Source: Luteolibacter sp. (GTDB lineage: Bacteria; Verrucomicrobiota; Verrucomicrobiia; Verrucomicrobiales; Akkermansiaceae). Taken from it: 52,223 nt of DNA. The stretch spans positions 1 to 52,223 of the forward strand of contig DAISZP010000001.1 in the NCBI GenBank assembly GCA_036824745.1, in the 5' to 3' direction. The position numbers and the translations under genes were made by a program. How positions within the stretch are numbered: position 1 is the first letter of the stretch; each line of letters begins with the position of its first letter. The notes below the pieces were generated by a model that ran no database searches, was not told the DNA's origin, and saw only the letters and a program-made list of their open reading frames with translations. Below, piece by piece: positions 27,368 through 37,000 of this stretch.

Positions 27368-29530
27368 TTATGTTCCATGCACTTTCACTGCGTACCCATG
27401 CGCTCTAAGCGCCTTGCTCGTCCGTCCATTTCTTTGTGGATAGCCGCGACTACACGATTGCGTCCTTTTACTGCTACGTCGTTGATGCGGTCGAACCTGT
27501 CTTTTTGCAGAGGTCCGATAAATTCCATGGTTCAGTCCCGTGGTGTTTGGTTGCTGTCGTGAGATGTGGGGCTTCAGCGTTTCCCGCACATTGTCCGGCC
27601 AGTTTTGTTTCGCGAGAAGCAACAACATCTGGGGAGCCTTGCCCGGCAGGAACTCGGCAATGGCTTTCATGAAGTTCGGATCGGCGCTGGTGAAGGGGGA
27701 ATCCAACACGAAGGATTGGTCGCCTAACAATCGACCGCCGAGGCCGACTTCCGTCATGTCCTCGTTGATCGCGGTGCGGAGTTCGGCCAGGGCGATGACG
27801 AAGGCGAGATGCAGCACCTGTTGTTCCCCTCCCCCGGGATTGGTGACCACCAGATGGTTCCGGTCGTGCATGGAGGGCAGGAACGTTTCCCGGTCGATCC
27901 ATGCGGTATTCCCGCTGGTGGCCACGCCGAAGTAATGGGTGAGCCGATCCTGAAGAATCCCGTGGACCGCCTGACGGAATGCGGTTTCGCCCTCCGCCAG
28001 TTTTTCGCGGACGTTTTCCGCCAGAGTGATGGCTTTGGAAATCTCCTCGATCCTGCCAGTGCCGCGTTTGGGGCGGGCTTTCTCGATCTCCGCGGCGATG
28101 CTCTTGAGCGAGCTTTCCTGGGTGCGGATGGAGGACTCCTTTTCCCGCTGCGCGGCTTCGTTCTGTTTGATTTTTGTCTCCATGCCGCGAACCGCGGCCA
28201 CCAGTTCGGAAAACCGTTTGATGGAGGCAGCCTCGATTTTCGGATCCAGACCTTCGATAGCGGTCTTCGCATTCCGAAGCGACGTGATGGCGTCATTCTT
28301 TTCCGCCTTCAGTTTCGCGAGGCGTGTGGCGAACGAGGATGCTTTTTTTCGCAGCGGGCTTCCTTCGCCGCCTTCCAGCACATTCGCCAGAGCCACCAGG
28401 TCCTGATTGGTCTGGGCCGCCAAGGTCTTACCGAGATAGCGTTCCAATTCCGCACGCTTTTCGTCGTCGAGGCATGTGCCGCACACGCAGTTGGTCCCCT
28501 TGAGGAGGCGTTCAATAAAGCCCCGACTGACATCGGCCGGAAGCAGGTTGCGGTTTCGAAGGTCCTTCAAATGCTGGTCCACCGGTCCGAAAGCGGGCGT
28601 CAGCAATGGGAGAGCGAGGGAAGAACGGACAAGATCGGCGACCGCCGCGTCCGCGTCCAACACTGCGCGCTCCGCCTTTTGCTCGTCGAGTTTGTGCTTC
28701 TGGAGCTGGGCGTGGAGTTCCTGGGAGGCGGTGGCCTTCGCACTGACTTCCGCGAGATCCGCATCGAGCTGCACCTTCTCCCGGGAGAGATCGGAGTGGA
28801 TCTTTTTCAGTTCATTCAGCTCAAGGCGGTTCTTCTCCAGGCCCCGGCGTACGACGTCTTCACGGTTCCTGGCTTGGATGTAGGCTTGGTTCGCACCCGC
28901 TTCCAATGCCTCTTTTTGGCGCAGGGATCTGATGACTGCATCGAGATTACTGCGGGCGTCCTTCCATCGACGGATCTGGATGACCTTTTTCAACGGTTCA
29001 AGCACTCCGGCGCTTGCCCCGTGTCCCATACGTCCCTTGGCCGGTTCGCCATGGAAGTAGAACCACGAAAACAGATCCTGTGGTACCGCATTGTCGATTT
29101 TGACTTGAAAGTGGCCGTCGTCATCTTCTGTGAACCTGTCGTTAGAGCCGTCCGTCTTCTTCCACAACAACTTCGGTGACTCCGCCATCCAACGGGCTTC
29201 GGTCGGACGCCTTGCGACAATCTGCCGCCTGACGGTTCGGACCTCGTCGTTAGGCAGTCTGAGGCGGGCTTCCACCCATGCCTTGACCTCGGTGCCGGGT
29301 TTCGTTTCGTCCCGCACGACATTGGTGACGAGTTTCCACGCCGTTTCCTGGGATTCGCCGCATAGCGAACCATAAAAGAGGAATTCGATAGCGCGGAGGA
29401 TGGTGGTTTTTCCTGTGTTGTTAGGGGCAAGCAACACGACCAGCGAAGAATCCTCGTCGTTGGGAAACTCAATGGTGCTGCTGCCGCCGTAACGCTGGAA
29501 GTTGTGCAGAGTGAGACGCTCGAAGATCAT
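27368..29530 (-). CDS. DndD-like SMC/Rad50 ATPase with CxC hook; native 3' end apparently lost near 27560
   Basis: LHNFQRYGG, Walker A APNNTGKTT, WFYFHGE, central CVCG, GGGEQ signature, Walker B FVLDSPF. After LKPHISR the frame continues with ~60 aa of non-native-looking sequence. Confidence 0.82.
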   Translation of the reverse strand: MIFERLTLHNFQRYGGSSTIEFPNDEDSSLVVLLAPNNTGKTTILRAIEFLFYGSLCGESQETAWKLVTNVVRDETKPGTEVKAWVEARLRLPNDEVRTVRRQIVARRPTEARWMAESPKLLWKKTDGSNDRFTEDDDGHFQVKIDNAVPQDLFSWFYFHGEPAKGRMGHGASAGVLEPLKKVIQIRRWKDARSNLDAVIRSLRQKEALEAGANQAYIQARNREDVVRRGLEKNRLELNELKKIHSDLSREKVQLDADLAEVSAKATASQELHAQLQKHKLDEQKAERAVLDADAAVADLVRSSLALPLLTPAFGPVDQHLKDLRNRNLLPADVSRGFIERLLKGTNCVCGTCLDDEKRAELERYLGKTLAAQTNQDLVALANVLEGGEGSPLRKKASSFATRLAKLKAEKNDAITSLRNAKTAIEGLDPKIEAASIKRFSELVAAVRGMETKIKQNEAAQREKESSIRTQESSLKSIAAEIEKARPKRGTGRIEEISKAITLAENVREKLAEGETAFRQAVHGILQDRLTHYFGVATSGNTAWIDRETFLPSMHDRNHLVVTNPGGGEQQVLHLAFVIALAELRTAINEDMTEVGLGGRLLGDQSFVLDSPFTSADPNFMKAIAEFLPGKAPQMLLLLAKQNWPDNVRETLKPHISRQQPNTTGLNHGIYRTSAKRQVRPHQRRSSKRTQSCSRGYPQRNGRTSKALRAHGYAVKVHGT

Positions 29531-29540
29531 GGCAGGGTTT

Positions 29541-29726
29541 CTACTTCGCTCTCCGAAGCAACTCGGCTTCCAGCTTCTCCTGTTTCTCGCGGGACGAGAG
29601 TTCCGTATTCGCCTCCATGTTCAGGGATAGAAGCAGCAGGTTCTTCGTGCTTTCGTCGAGTGAACCGAAGAAATCCCTCAGAACCGTCGGTTTGGGGGCT
29701 TTTCGTGGCTTTGGTTTGGCGGGCAT
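29541..29726 (-). CDS. Small (61 aa) protein upstream of the CxC ATPase
   Basis: MPAKPKPRK...EKLEAELLRRAK, ending 10 bp before the ATPase ATG. The position matches small partners of CxC ATPases in DNA-modification loci. Confidence 0.6.
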   Translation of the reverse strand: MPAKPKPRKAPKPTVLRDFFGSLDESTKNLLLLSLNMEANTELSSREKQEKLEAELLRRAK

Positions 29727-29749
29727 AGCGATTGAAAACAACTTTCGGA

Positions 29750-32700
29750 TTATTCGGCAGCTACCCGGTAGAACCGTTTTGGCGCTGTCAAGGAACCTGC
29801 CGGTATGTTCGCGGAACCGGTGGGAAGCCCGGTTTGAAGCGGCGTCCATAGGCTTAGATCAAGACTCGTTTCCAACCGATAGGTATGACCCGCGGCGGAT
29901 GGCCAGGTGAGTTGGAGACTGCCATTTCCCAACCTCGTCGCCGTTAGCAAGGGACGGCTTGCCGCCGAATTCGGATCCGTGCCGAATGCCAGTTCGTTGG
30001 CATTGGTGAAACCGTCGCAGTCATCGTCAAGCGACGATGCCATGTCCACGGTGTAGGGCATGGCAGCCGACCACGCACCCGCATCTGCATCGGTGGCCAT
30101 CGTGCGCAACAGGACTGTGCCGACGAACGAGGGGCCGAGGTCCGCGGCGGCATTCCAGATCAGGGTATGGCTCTGGCCGCCGGGAGCTGTGGCCAGGCGC
30201 TTGGTTTTTCCGATGACATCGAGATTGCCGGCTGAACCATCGGCGGACAACAGGGTGGCAGCCGACCAAGTGGACTGTCCGGCTTTCTGATATTGCAAGG
30301 CAATGGCCGATGCATGCGCTTCCGCATCCCAGGTCCTCACGCCAACCGTGCTCTGCGCCGCGCCGGACGATGGCGAAGCAAGGACCTTCGCCAATGGCAA
30401 GTTATTCAAAACAAGAGAGGTGCCACCAAGCAACGATTCAATCGCATCCGGTCCCCAATAGATCAGTTGGGATTGTGCCGGATTTGCCGGGTCCACCACC
30501 AGGCCGACCAATCCTTCCCTGCCATCCGCACCCTTCAGAGCTTCGAACTGGTGCCATGTTTTCCCTTTGAATTCCGCTGATAGAACGGTCCGAACCAAAG
30601 GCGAATAAGGATCCGCCGCGGACCAAACGGATACCGTCCCATCCGGCTCGCCCACGAGGAGCGCATCTGGTTTCGACGAATCCATCCTATGTAGACAGGT
30701 GAGTGCATACGCACCTGAGGAAGACGGTGATGTGATGGAAATTCGCGTCAAGGTTCGCTGGATCGGAGTGGCAAGCGCAAGGTCGTATTCAGCGATCACG
30801 AAATCGTCTCCGACATCAGCGCCGCCGGATGTGTTCTTGTCATCAATGAACGCAAGAATAATGGAAGCGGGCGTTCCTCCACTTGCCCGGAGATTTCCAA
30901 GAGCGAGCGAATGGCCCCGCCACACGAGTTTGGCTGTGGCCGCTGGCTCAGCCAATGTCCTGGCTCCGGATGACAGCCCATCCACCTCGACCAAACCCCT
31001 GTAGGAAGTACTGCCTATGGCATCGTTCCAGAGTCCATTGGTTCCGAATGATCCGTAATATTCACCGGCACCTCCCGCATTGTTCGGCTCCCCGGATGCC
31101 CAGCTTCGATACGATGAAGTCAATCCAGACGACCATTTCCAGCCGGCATTGAGATCGCTTCCAGGATCCCTAAACAAACCCACCCACATCGGAAGTGAGG
31201 CATAATTGGATTGAATCCACTGGTTCTCGGCCGAGTCGTCGATGGTCACCAAATGCCCTCCGTTCTGGACGGCATACGCCTCGGCATCAGCCCAACTCAT
31301 GCCGCTGGGTGTGAGGAAATACCAGTTCGAGGATCCAGGTCTCTGCACAGCGCCCAAGCCGCTTGGCGGCCCATAAGAGCCGAGAACCTGAACGCCGCCC
31401 GAATCGAGCCATCGGGCGATCAGGCCTCCTTTCGTGACAGGCCAATCACGTTTGCCTCCGGTGCCGTCCAAAAGTGAGGGGCTGCTCCAGGCATTGTTCG
31501 ACAAGCTCTGGCGATAGATTGCATCCGAAGACATCCCCGATGGTGAAGCCAGACTGACTAGCCCTTGCGACGAAAAGCCCAATACTTGGGACAAGGACGT
31601 CCCGGATCCCGTGGACACCGGGTTCGTGGATTTTGTCCATGATGATCCGATACTCCCATACTCGGAAATGTAGCCCGCTCCGCTTGGCGGGCGCGCACCG
31701 ACAAACAGGCTGATTCCGATGCCGCCAGGGCTCCTGCCGGCTACCAGAGAGGTCACGCCGATATTTCCGGCCGAGATGGACTGTGAGGACCATGTTCCCC
31801 CGTTCTGCGTCAGCAACGCGAGGGCATTGTTTGAAGTTCCGATGCTGCCATCCGCAGCGACCACCACTTCATCAGCCCCATACCCATCCAACTGGCCCGT
31901 GGCCATGACCCAATTCGACGGCACGAAACCAGAGACGGCGTTCAGGTTGGATGCTATTGCCAGTGAGCCGGTTCCCGGATGGCTGGAAGACGATTGCGGA
32001 TCCGTGCCAGCCTTCCATTCCGCCAAATTCGTGAAGCCGTCCTGATCGGGATCACCCAGAGGGCCATTGCTTCCGGTGGCAGCGTTTGTTCCGGAATAGG
32101 CAAGATTGTGGGTGTATTCCCAGGAATCCGGCAATCCGTCATGGTCGGCGTCCAAGCTCACCGAAAGCACATCCTTCTCTTTCTGGCTGTTGCCGTCATA
32201 GCGATACAGTTGCATCAACCCATTGTCCCGTTCCGTCGAGATCAGGCGGTCGTTTTTGTCATAGCCGCGCTTCACCCATCCCTCGTTCTTCAATCGCCGG
32301 TAGTCCCCCTGCTGATCATCACCGGGACTTCCCGCGGTGGAATTGAAAGCATTGGCTTTGTAACCGTTCGCACGATTGTCATATTCCACCTTGTTCGTCA
32401 GTCCATCGAGATCCTTGTCCTCATTGGCATCGTTCCACAAGGGATTGAGTCCGTTGGAAATCTCCCAACCATCATCCATCCCGTCACCGTCCGTGTCAGC
32501 AGCCAAGGGATCGGTCCCGTATGTGGAAAGTTCCAGCACGTCGCTAATTCCGTCTCCATCGCCGTCCGTGCTCTTAGGGTGGCTTCCAGCACGGTATTCC
32601 TGAATGTTCGACAATCCGTCCTGATCCGGATCGTCGTTGGAATCCGGGATCGTGGCTTTCGTTCCAAAGCGGACCTCCCAGCCATCGGGAACTCCGTCAC

Positions 32701-34075
32701 CGTCGGTATCCGGATTGACTGGCGAGGTACCGGCCTGAAACTCGCCGTAGTCATCGAGACCGTCGTTGTCGGAATCATTGTAGGTGGCGAGGAACGCGTA
32801 GGATTGGTTGTCGAAATAGCCGTCGCCCGTAGAAGTCGATGCCGGCGACGTCGTGGCGGTCCCGCGTTCAATCCTCACCTTTCCCGTAGCTGCGGAATCC
32901 GAAGCGGCCGAGATCGTACCGGAACCGCTGATCCGGCTAAGCAGGAACAGCGAACCGCCAGCGCCCCCGCCACCACGAGATGTGAAGGTATTACCTCCGG
33001 AATACTCGGATTGTCCATCTTCACCTCTTGCGACCAAACTGCCGTCCAATCTTAGGGATCGGCAGATAATCATGCACATCCCGCCCCCCGCTCCTCCAAA
33101 ACCTCCGGCTTGATTGGTCGTATACCCGAATCCATACATGTTAACGCCGGCCGAACGATTGCAACCACCACTGCCTCCGCCGCCGCCGAATGAAAGATTG
33201 CTCCCACTCGTCTGGCTTCCTCCAGCACCAGACGGACCCGGTTGATACGCTGATGCACCTGTTCCGTCCGCGCCTCCTGCCCCGCCCCCACCAACTGGCG
33301 CAACGCCATTCAATGGTGGCCACGCATTTGTAACGAAACCTTCGCCGGGCTTTCCTGGCAATCCACTATTCGAACCAGAAATCGAATAACCAGGACCACC
33401 ACGGAATCCGGCTCCTGTAGCGTAGATCTTGCCTCCAGATGCGACCACGACATCGTCGGCAATCAACGCAACAATGCCTCCGGAGGTGCCATTCCACGGA
33501 CGGGCCGCCAGGGTGCCATCCACCTGCACCTGATCATACTGTGGCACACGGATACACTGGATCTTCGCTCCGCTCGTGGGATCGTAAGTATGTTGAAGCG
33601 GACTCCGGATTCCAACCTTTCCCGTGCCGAGGGAAGTGACTTGAACCAAATCAAATGATCCAGCCGGAGAACCCGCTACCGGCGTTCCTTCCTGAGTGAC
33701 ATGGAGCAGGAACACATCCCCCACTTTGATCACGGAGGGCAAGGTTCCTGAAATCTCCCGGCTTCCCGCGGTCTGAACGGCAACGATACCGATCACCGTG
33801 TCGTTCACGTATCCCGTCTGCCCGACCGGAACGGTGAGAGAGCCATCGAGCCGATTGCCGACGTGGAAGTTCTCTCCGTTCACATTGAATCCGAACTGGG
33901 TTTCCCAAGCATCCGGCAGCCTGTCCAGATCGGCGTCCGGATTGGATTGAGCGCCTGCAATGGAAGCGCCCAGAAGGAAACTCAAGAGAAGCGGGGCAAC
34001 CGGAAGCGAACGGGTTGAGTAGAGGCAGGAGATCATGGAAAAATCGAAATGATTGGCTAATGACAAAGTCTTCAT
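29750..34075 (-). CDS. Large secreted partner B: Gly-rich adhesin-like domain, TSP3-type repeats, single YD hairpin, FG-GAP-like core with C-type lectin, C-terminal sorting-type domain
   Basis: AAGGA RBS and signal peptide. RVPQY..WNGTSGGIVAL Gly-rich domain. GQLDGYGADEVVVA. CTL SWADAEAYA..GGHLVTI..WASGEPNN..WND. Ends LTWP..YRLE.S.DL..W...RFYRV. Confidence 0.88.
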   Translation of the reverse strand: MKTLSLANHFDFSMISCLYSTRSLPVAPLLLSFLLGASIAGAQSNPDADLDRLPDAWETQFGFNVNGENFHVGNRLDGSLTVPVGQTGYVNDTVIGIVAVQTAGSREISGTLPSVIKVGDVFLLHVTQEGTPVAGSPAGSFDLVQVTSLGTGKVGIRSPLQHTYDPTSGAKIQCIRVPQYDQVQVDGTLAARPWNGTSGGIVALIADDVVVASGGKIYATGAGFRGGPGYSISGSNSGLPGKPGEGFVTNAWPPLNGVAPVGGGGAGGADGTGASAYQPGPSGAGGSQTSGSNLSFGGGGGSGGCNRSAGVNMYGFGYTTNQAGGFGGAGGGMCMIICRSLRLDGSLVARGEDGQSEYSGGNTFTSRGGGGAGGSLFLLSRISGSGTISAASDSAATGKVRIERGTATTSPASTSTGDGYFDNQSYAFLATYNDSDNDGLDDYGEFQAGTSPVNPDTDGDGVPDGWEVRFGTKATIPDSNDDPDQDGLSNIQEYRAGSHPKSTDGDGDGISDVLELSTYGTDPLAADTDGDGMDDGWEISNGLNPLWNDANEDKDLDGLTNKVEYDNRANGYKANAFNSTAGSPGDDQQGDYRRLKNEGWVKRGYDKNDRLISTERDNGLMQLYRYDGNSQKEKDVLSVSLDADHDGLPDSWEYTHNLAYSGTNAATGSNGPLGDPDQDGFTNLAEWKAGTDPQSSSSHPGTGSLAIASNLNAVSGFVPSNWVMATGQLDGYGADEVVVAADGSIGTSNNALALLTQNGGTWSSQSISAGNIGVTSLVAGRSPGGIGISLFVGARPPSGAGYISEYGSIGSSWTKSTNPVSTGSGTSLSQVLGFSSQGLVSLASPSGMSSDAIYRQSLSNNAWSSPSLLDGTGGKRDWPVTKGGLIARWLDSGGVQVLGSYGPPSGLGAVQRPGSSNWYFLTPSGMSWADAEAYAVQNGGHLVTIDDSAENQWIQSNYASLPMWVGLFRDPGSDLNAGWKWSSGLTSSYRSWASGEPNNAGGAGEYYGSFGTNGLWNDAIGSTSYRGLVEVDGLSSGARTLAEPAATAKLVWRGHSLALGNLRASGGTPASIILAFIDDKNTSGGADVGDDFVIAEYDLALATPIQRTLTRISITSPSSSGAYALTCLHRMDSSKPDALLVGEPDGTVSVWSAADPYSPLVRTVLSAEFKGKTWHQFEALKGADGREGLVGLVVDPANPAQSQLIYWGPDAIESLLGGTSLVLNNLPLAKVLASPSSGAAQSTVGVRTWDAEAHASAIALQYQKAGQSTWSAATLLSADGSAGNLDVIGKTKRLATAPGGQSHTLIWNAAADLGPSFVGTVLLRTMATDADAGAWSAAMPYTVDMASSLDDDCDGFTNANELAFGTDPNSAASRPLLTATRLGNGSLQLTWPSAAGHTYRLETSLDLSLWTPLQTGLPTGSANIPAGSLTAPKRFYRVAAE

Positions 34076-34086
34076 GTCGTCCTTGG

Positions 34087-37000
34087 TTATTTCTTGCCGC
34101 CCTTGCTGGAGCTGCCTGTGGTGCCAGGTTTTGAAGTCGATCCAGATTTGTTCGCCACCCCTCCAGCGGCGGAAGACGGAACCTTAACAATTTGATTCAC
34201 GGTAATGTGATCGTAGTTGCTAATCTGTGGATTAAGAGATCGTAGCGCGCTTGGGCTAATTCCGTATAGTTTTGCAATTCCATTAAATGTCTGTCCAGAT
34301 ACCACTGCATGTTGACCAGATCCAACACTGGCCGTTGTTCCAGCCCCTCCAGAATTCGAGGGCACGGACCCAGCAACACTTTTTTGATTAATTGAACTAG
34401 CGGTTTTCGACGCGTTAATTGATCCGCCAGCTGAGCCGCTGGTCCCACTCGATACATAGTTAAATATTTTTGTTCCAAAATAATCGCCGGTTCGAGTCAG
34501 CCCGCCCCAGTAAGCATTCATCATTGCATTCCTAATCAACTCCAAACTCCGATAGGTTTGCGCACCGGGCACATTAACCATCAAAGCCGCAAGCGGATCG
34601 TCTTCTGTTAAGGTATTTTCTGCTGCATCGACGAGGTAATTTATTCCTATTTGCGCACCTCCCGTAGAAATGCCCAAGCGAACACCAATGGCTTCAGCCG
34701 CGCCTTCGCTGCTCAATCCCATCGACTCTTTTGAAGCATTCCAAGCGAGATCATTTGCTCCTTTTTCACTCAAAAAACTCTTTCTGCTAGCCACTTGATC
34801 TGCCGTCATATTTCCAGACCATTGGTCCAATCCTAGCGTCGCGTATTCCAATAGATCATTGATTGGCTCCGCTTGTGAATCATACGCCGCCAGCGCGAGC
34901 AAAAATGGCATATTCCCGTCCTTATCCATGTAGGAATTGGGATTTCCATACGCATATCCATAAGCTCCAGGTTTCCATCCCGGCCCGATGTTTTTGAGAG
35001 GATCCACGCTCAGGAAGACCCCGGCATCGGCGAGGTAATACCGAGCCCTCATGAAGATCAGCCCCGGAACCAATCCCTCTTCCATCACACCTTGGGAACC
35101 GACGAAGCGATAGGGATTCGAGTCCGCGACTCCCGCTGCAGCAAACGTGGCCATGGAACGCCCGTAATCGGAATAAGCATACTGGGCGGAAGCGACGCGA
35201 TCCTTGTCGGTGAGGCGGACGATGTTGCCGGAAGCATCGGAGTGGAAGCAGGTAATGTTGGCCGATGTCGTGGGATCCACCTTTACCGCGAGATCGGGAC
35301 CGTGAATATAGAGAGCGGTGATCTGGCCGGAGGCAGTGGTATCCGCGAGAATCCGCTCCATTCCGCCGATCAGGTTGAGCACGTAGCGGGTTTCCACCGT
35401 GTTGCCGCCGCTTGTGAGGGAGCGTGAGATCCGGCGGCCAAGGGCATCGTAGCGGTTTTGGATGGTGGATTTGGCGTTTTGAGGATTCGTCAGCTCAAGG
35501 CTCGTGGTCCGATTGTCCTCATCATACGTCAGCGCAAGAGAACCAACCGTCGGGCAGGTGGCTTTGCTGAGGTTGAAGGATGGGGTGTTGTCGGCATTCT
35601 TGAATTCGTAGGCCCAGTTTTTCGAACCCGTTGGATCGGCGGCATCCGTGCGAGTCTGAAGCCTTCCTCCCGGAGTGTAAGCGGACGATTCGTCGTGGGG
35701 CGCCGGAGGCTGATAGGCCAGCAATCCCTTTTCCTTCGCGGAGGTCTGATTGCCATTCCTGTCATACGCGTAGCTCAGGGCGATCTGGATCGTGTCATCA
35801 GCGGTATCGGCGGTGCCGTTGCCGTCGGTGTAGGTGAGGGAGGTTTGTCGTCCGGATTCGTCGTAGGCGGCGGCGCGGGACATTCCATTCGGGTAGGTCT
35901 GGCCCACCAGACGGCCTTGCTTGTCCCACGAGTAGTTCAGGACATGGCTTCCCCAAGCGGCCGAAGTGGATTGGCGGACCAAGCGGCCGAGCTTGTCGAA
36001 CTCCTGGGTGAGCGGGCGATTTCCCGGATAGGTGACTTTGATCACACGACCAAGAGCATCGTAATCGTAGCTGACTTTCTGTCCAAACGTATCCGTGGAC
36101 GAGGTGGGACGATCCAGAGAATCATAGGTGAGATTGGTGAACGTGAGCTGCACGGTTCCCGCCTCGACGCGGATTGCGGAAGTGGCGTTTCCATTGTCAT
36201 CGTAGCCGAGGATATTCTGGCGGCCTGTCGAGCATTGTGCCAGGAGCAGGCGTCCGGCCGGATCGTAGGTGAGGGTGCGAGTGATACCCGTGGGCTCACT
36301 CTGGGTCTTGAGCCGGCCGAGTTCATCGTAGGTGTAGGTCCAGTGAAGGTGGTCCTGGTTTTCCTCGGTTTTCCGAAGCCCCCGTACATCGTAGGTCATG
36401 ATGTAGTGGCCGTGGAGTGCATCCTCGATGTCGATGATGTTCCCCAATCCGTCGTAGGTGTAGATCCAGACGAAACCCTCGGGATCGGTCCATTTCTTGA
36501 GGCGTCCGCGACCATCGTATTCGTGCCGGGTGACCGTTCCGTTCGGGCTGGTGGTTGCGAGTACTCGCCCCGCCTGATCGTAGCTGGTTGTACTGGTGTT
36601 ACCGAGCGGGTCGATGCTGACCGCAAGGCGGTTCAATGAATCATACTGCTTCCGGAAGATCCGACCGAGCCGGTCACGGGTGGCGGTTTCGTTGCCGTTC
36701 GCGTCGTAGGTGTGCTCGATGTAATCGCCGTTCGGGTCCGTTTCCCGGAAGAGCCGTCCCGCATCGTCGTAGGACCGGTAGGTGGTGATCTGCTGCATCA
36801 AGGGCGCGCCCACGGTTTGGGCGATAGGGACGCTGGGACTCGTCGTGGAAATTGGGAGAGAACGATTGTTGTAGGCTGTGGTGGCGATGTTTCCGCCCCG
36901 GTCCTTGTTCCAGATGGCAAGATCACTGCCGTCATACTGGATCTCCGACTGCTGAAGCTTCGCATCCTTGGAAAAGCGCGCGTTTCCGACTTCGTCGTAG

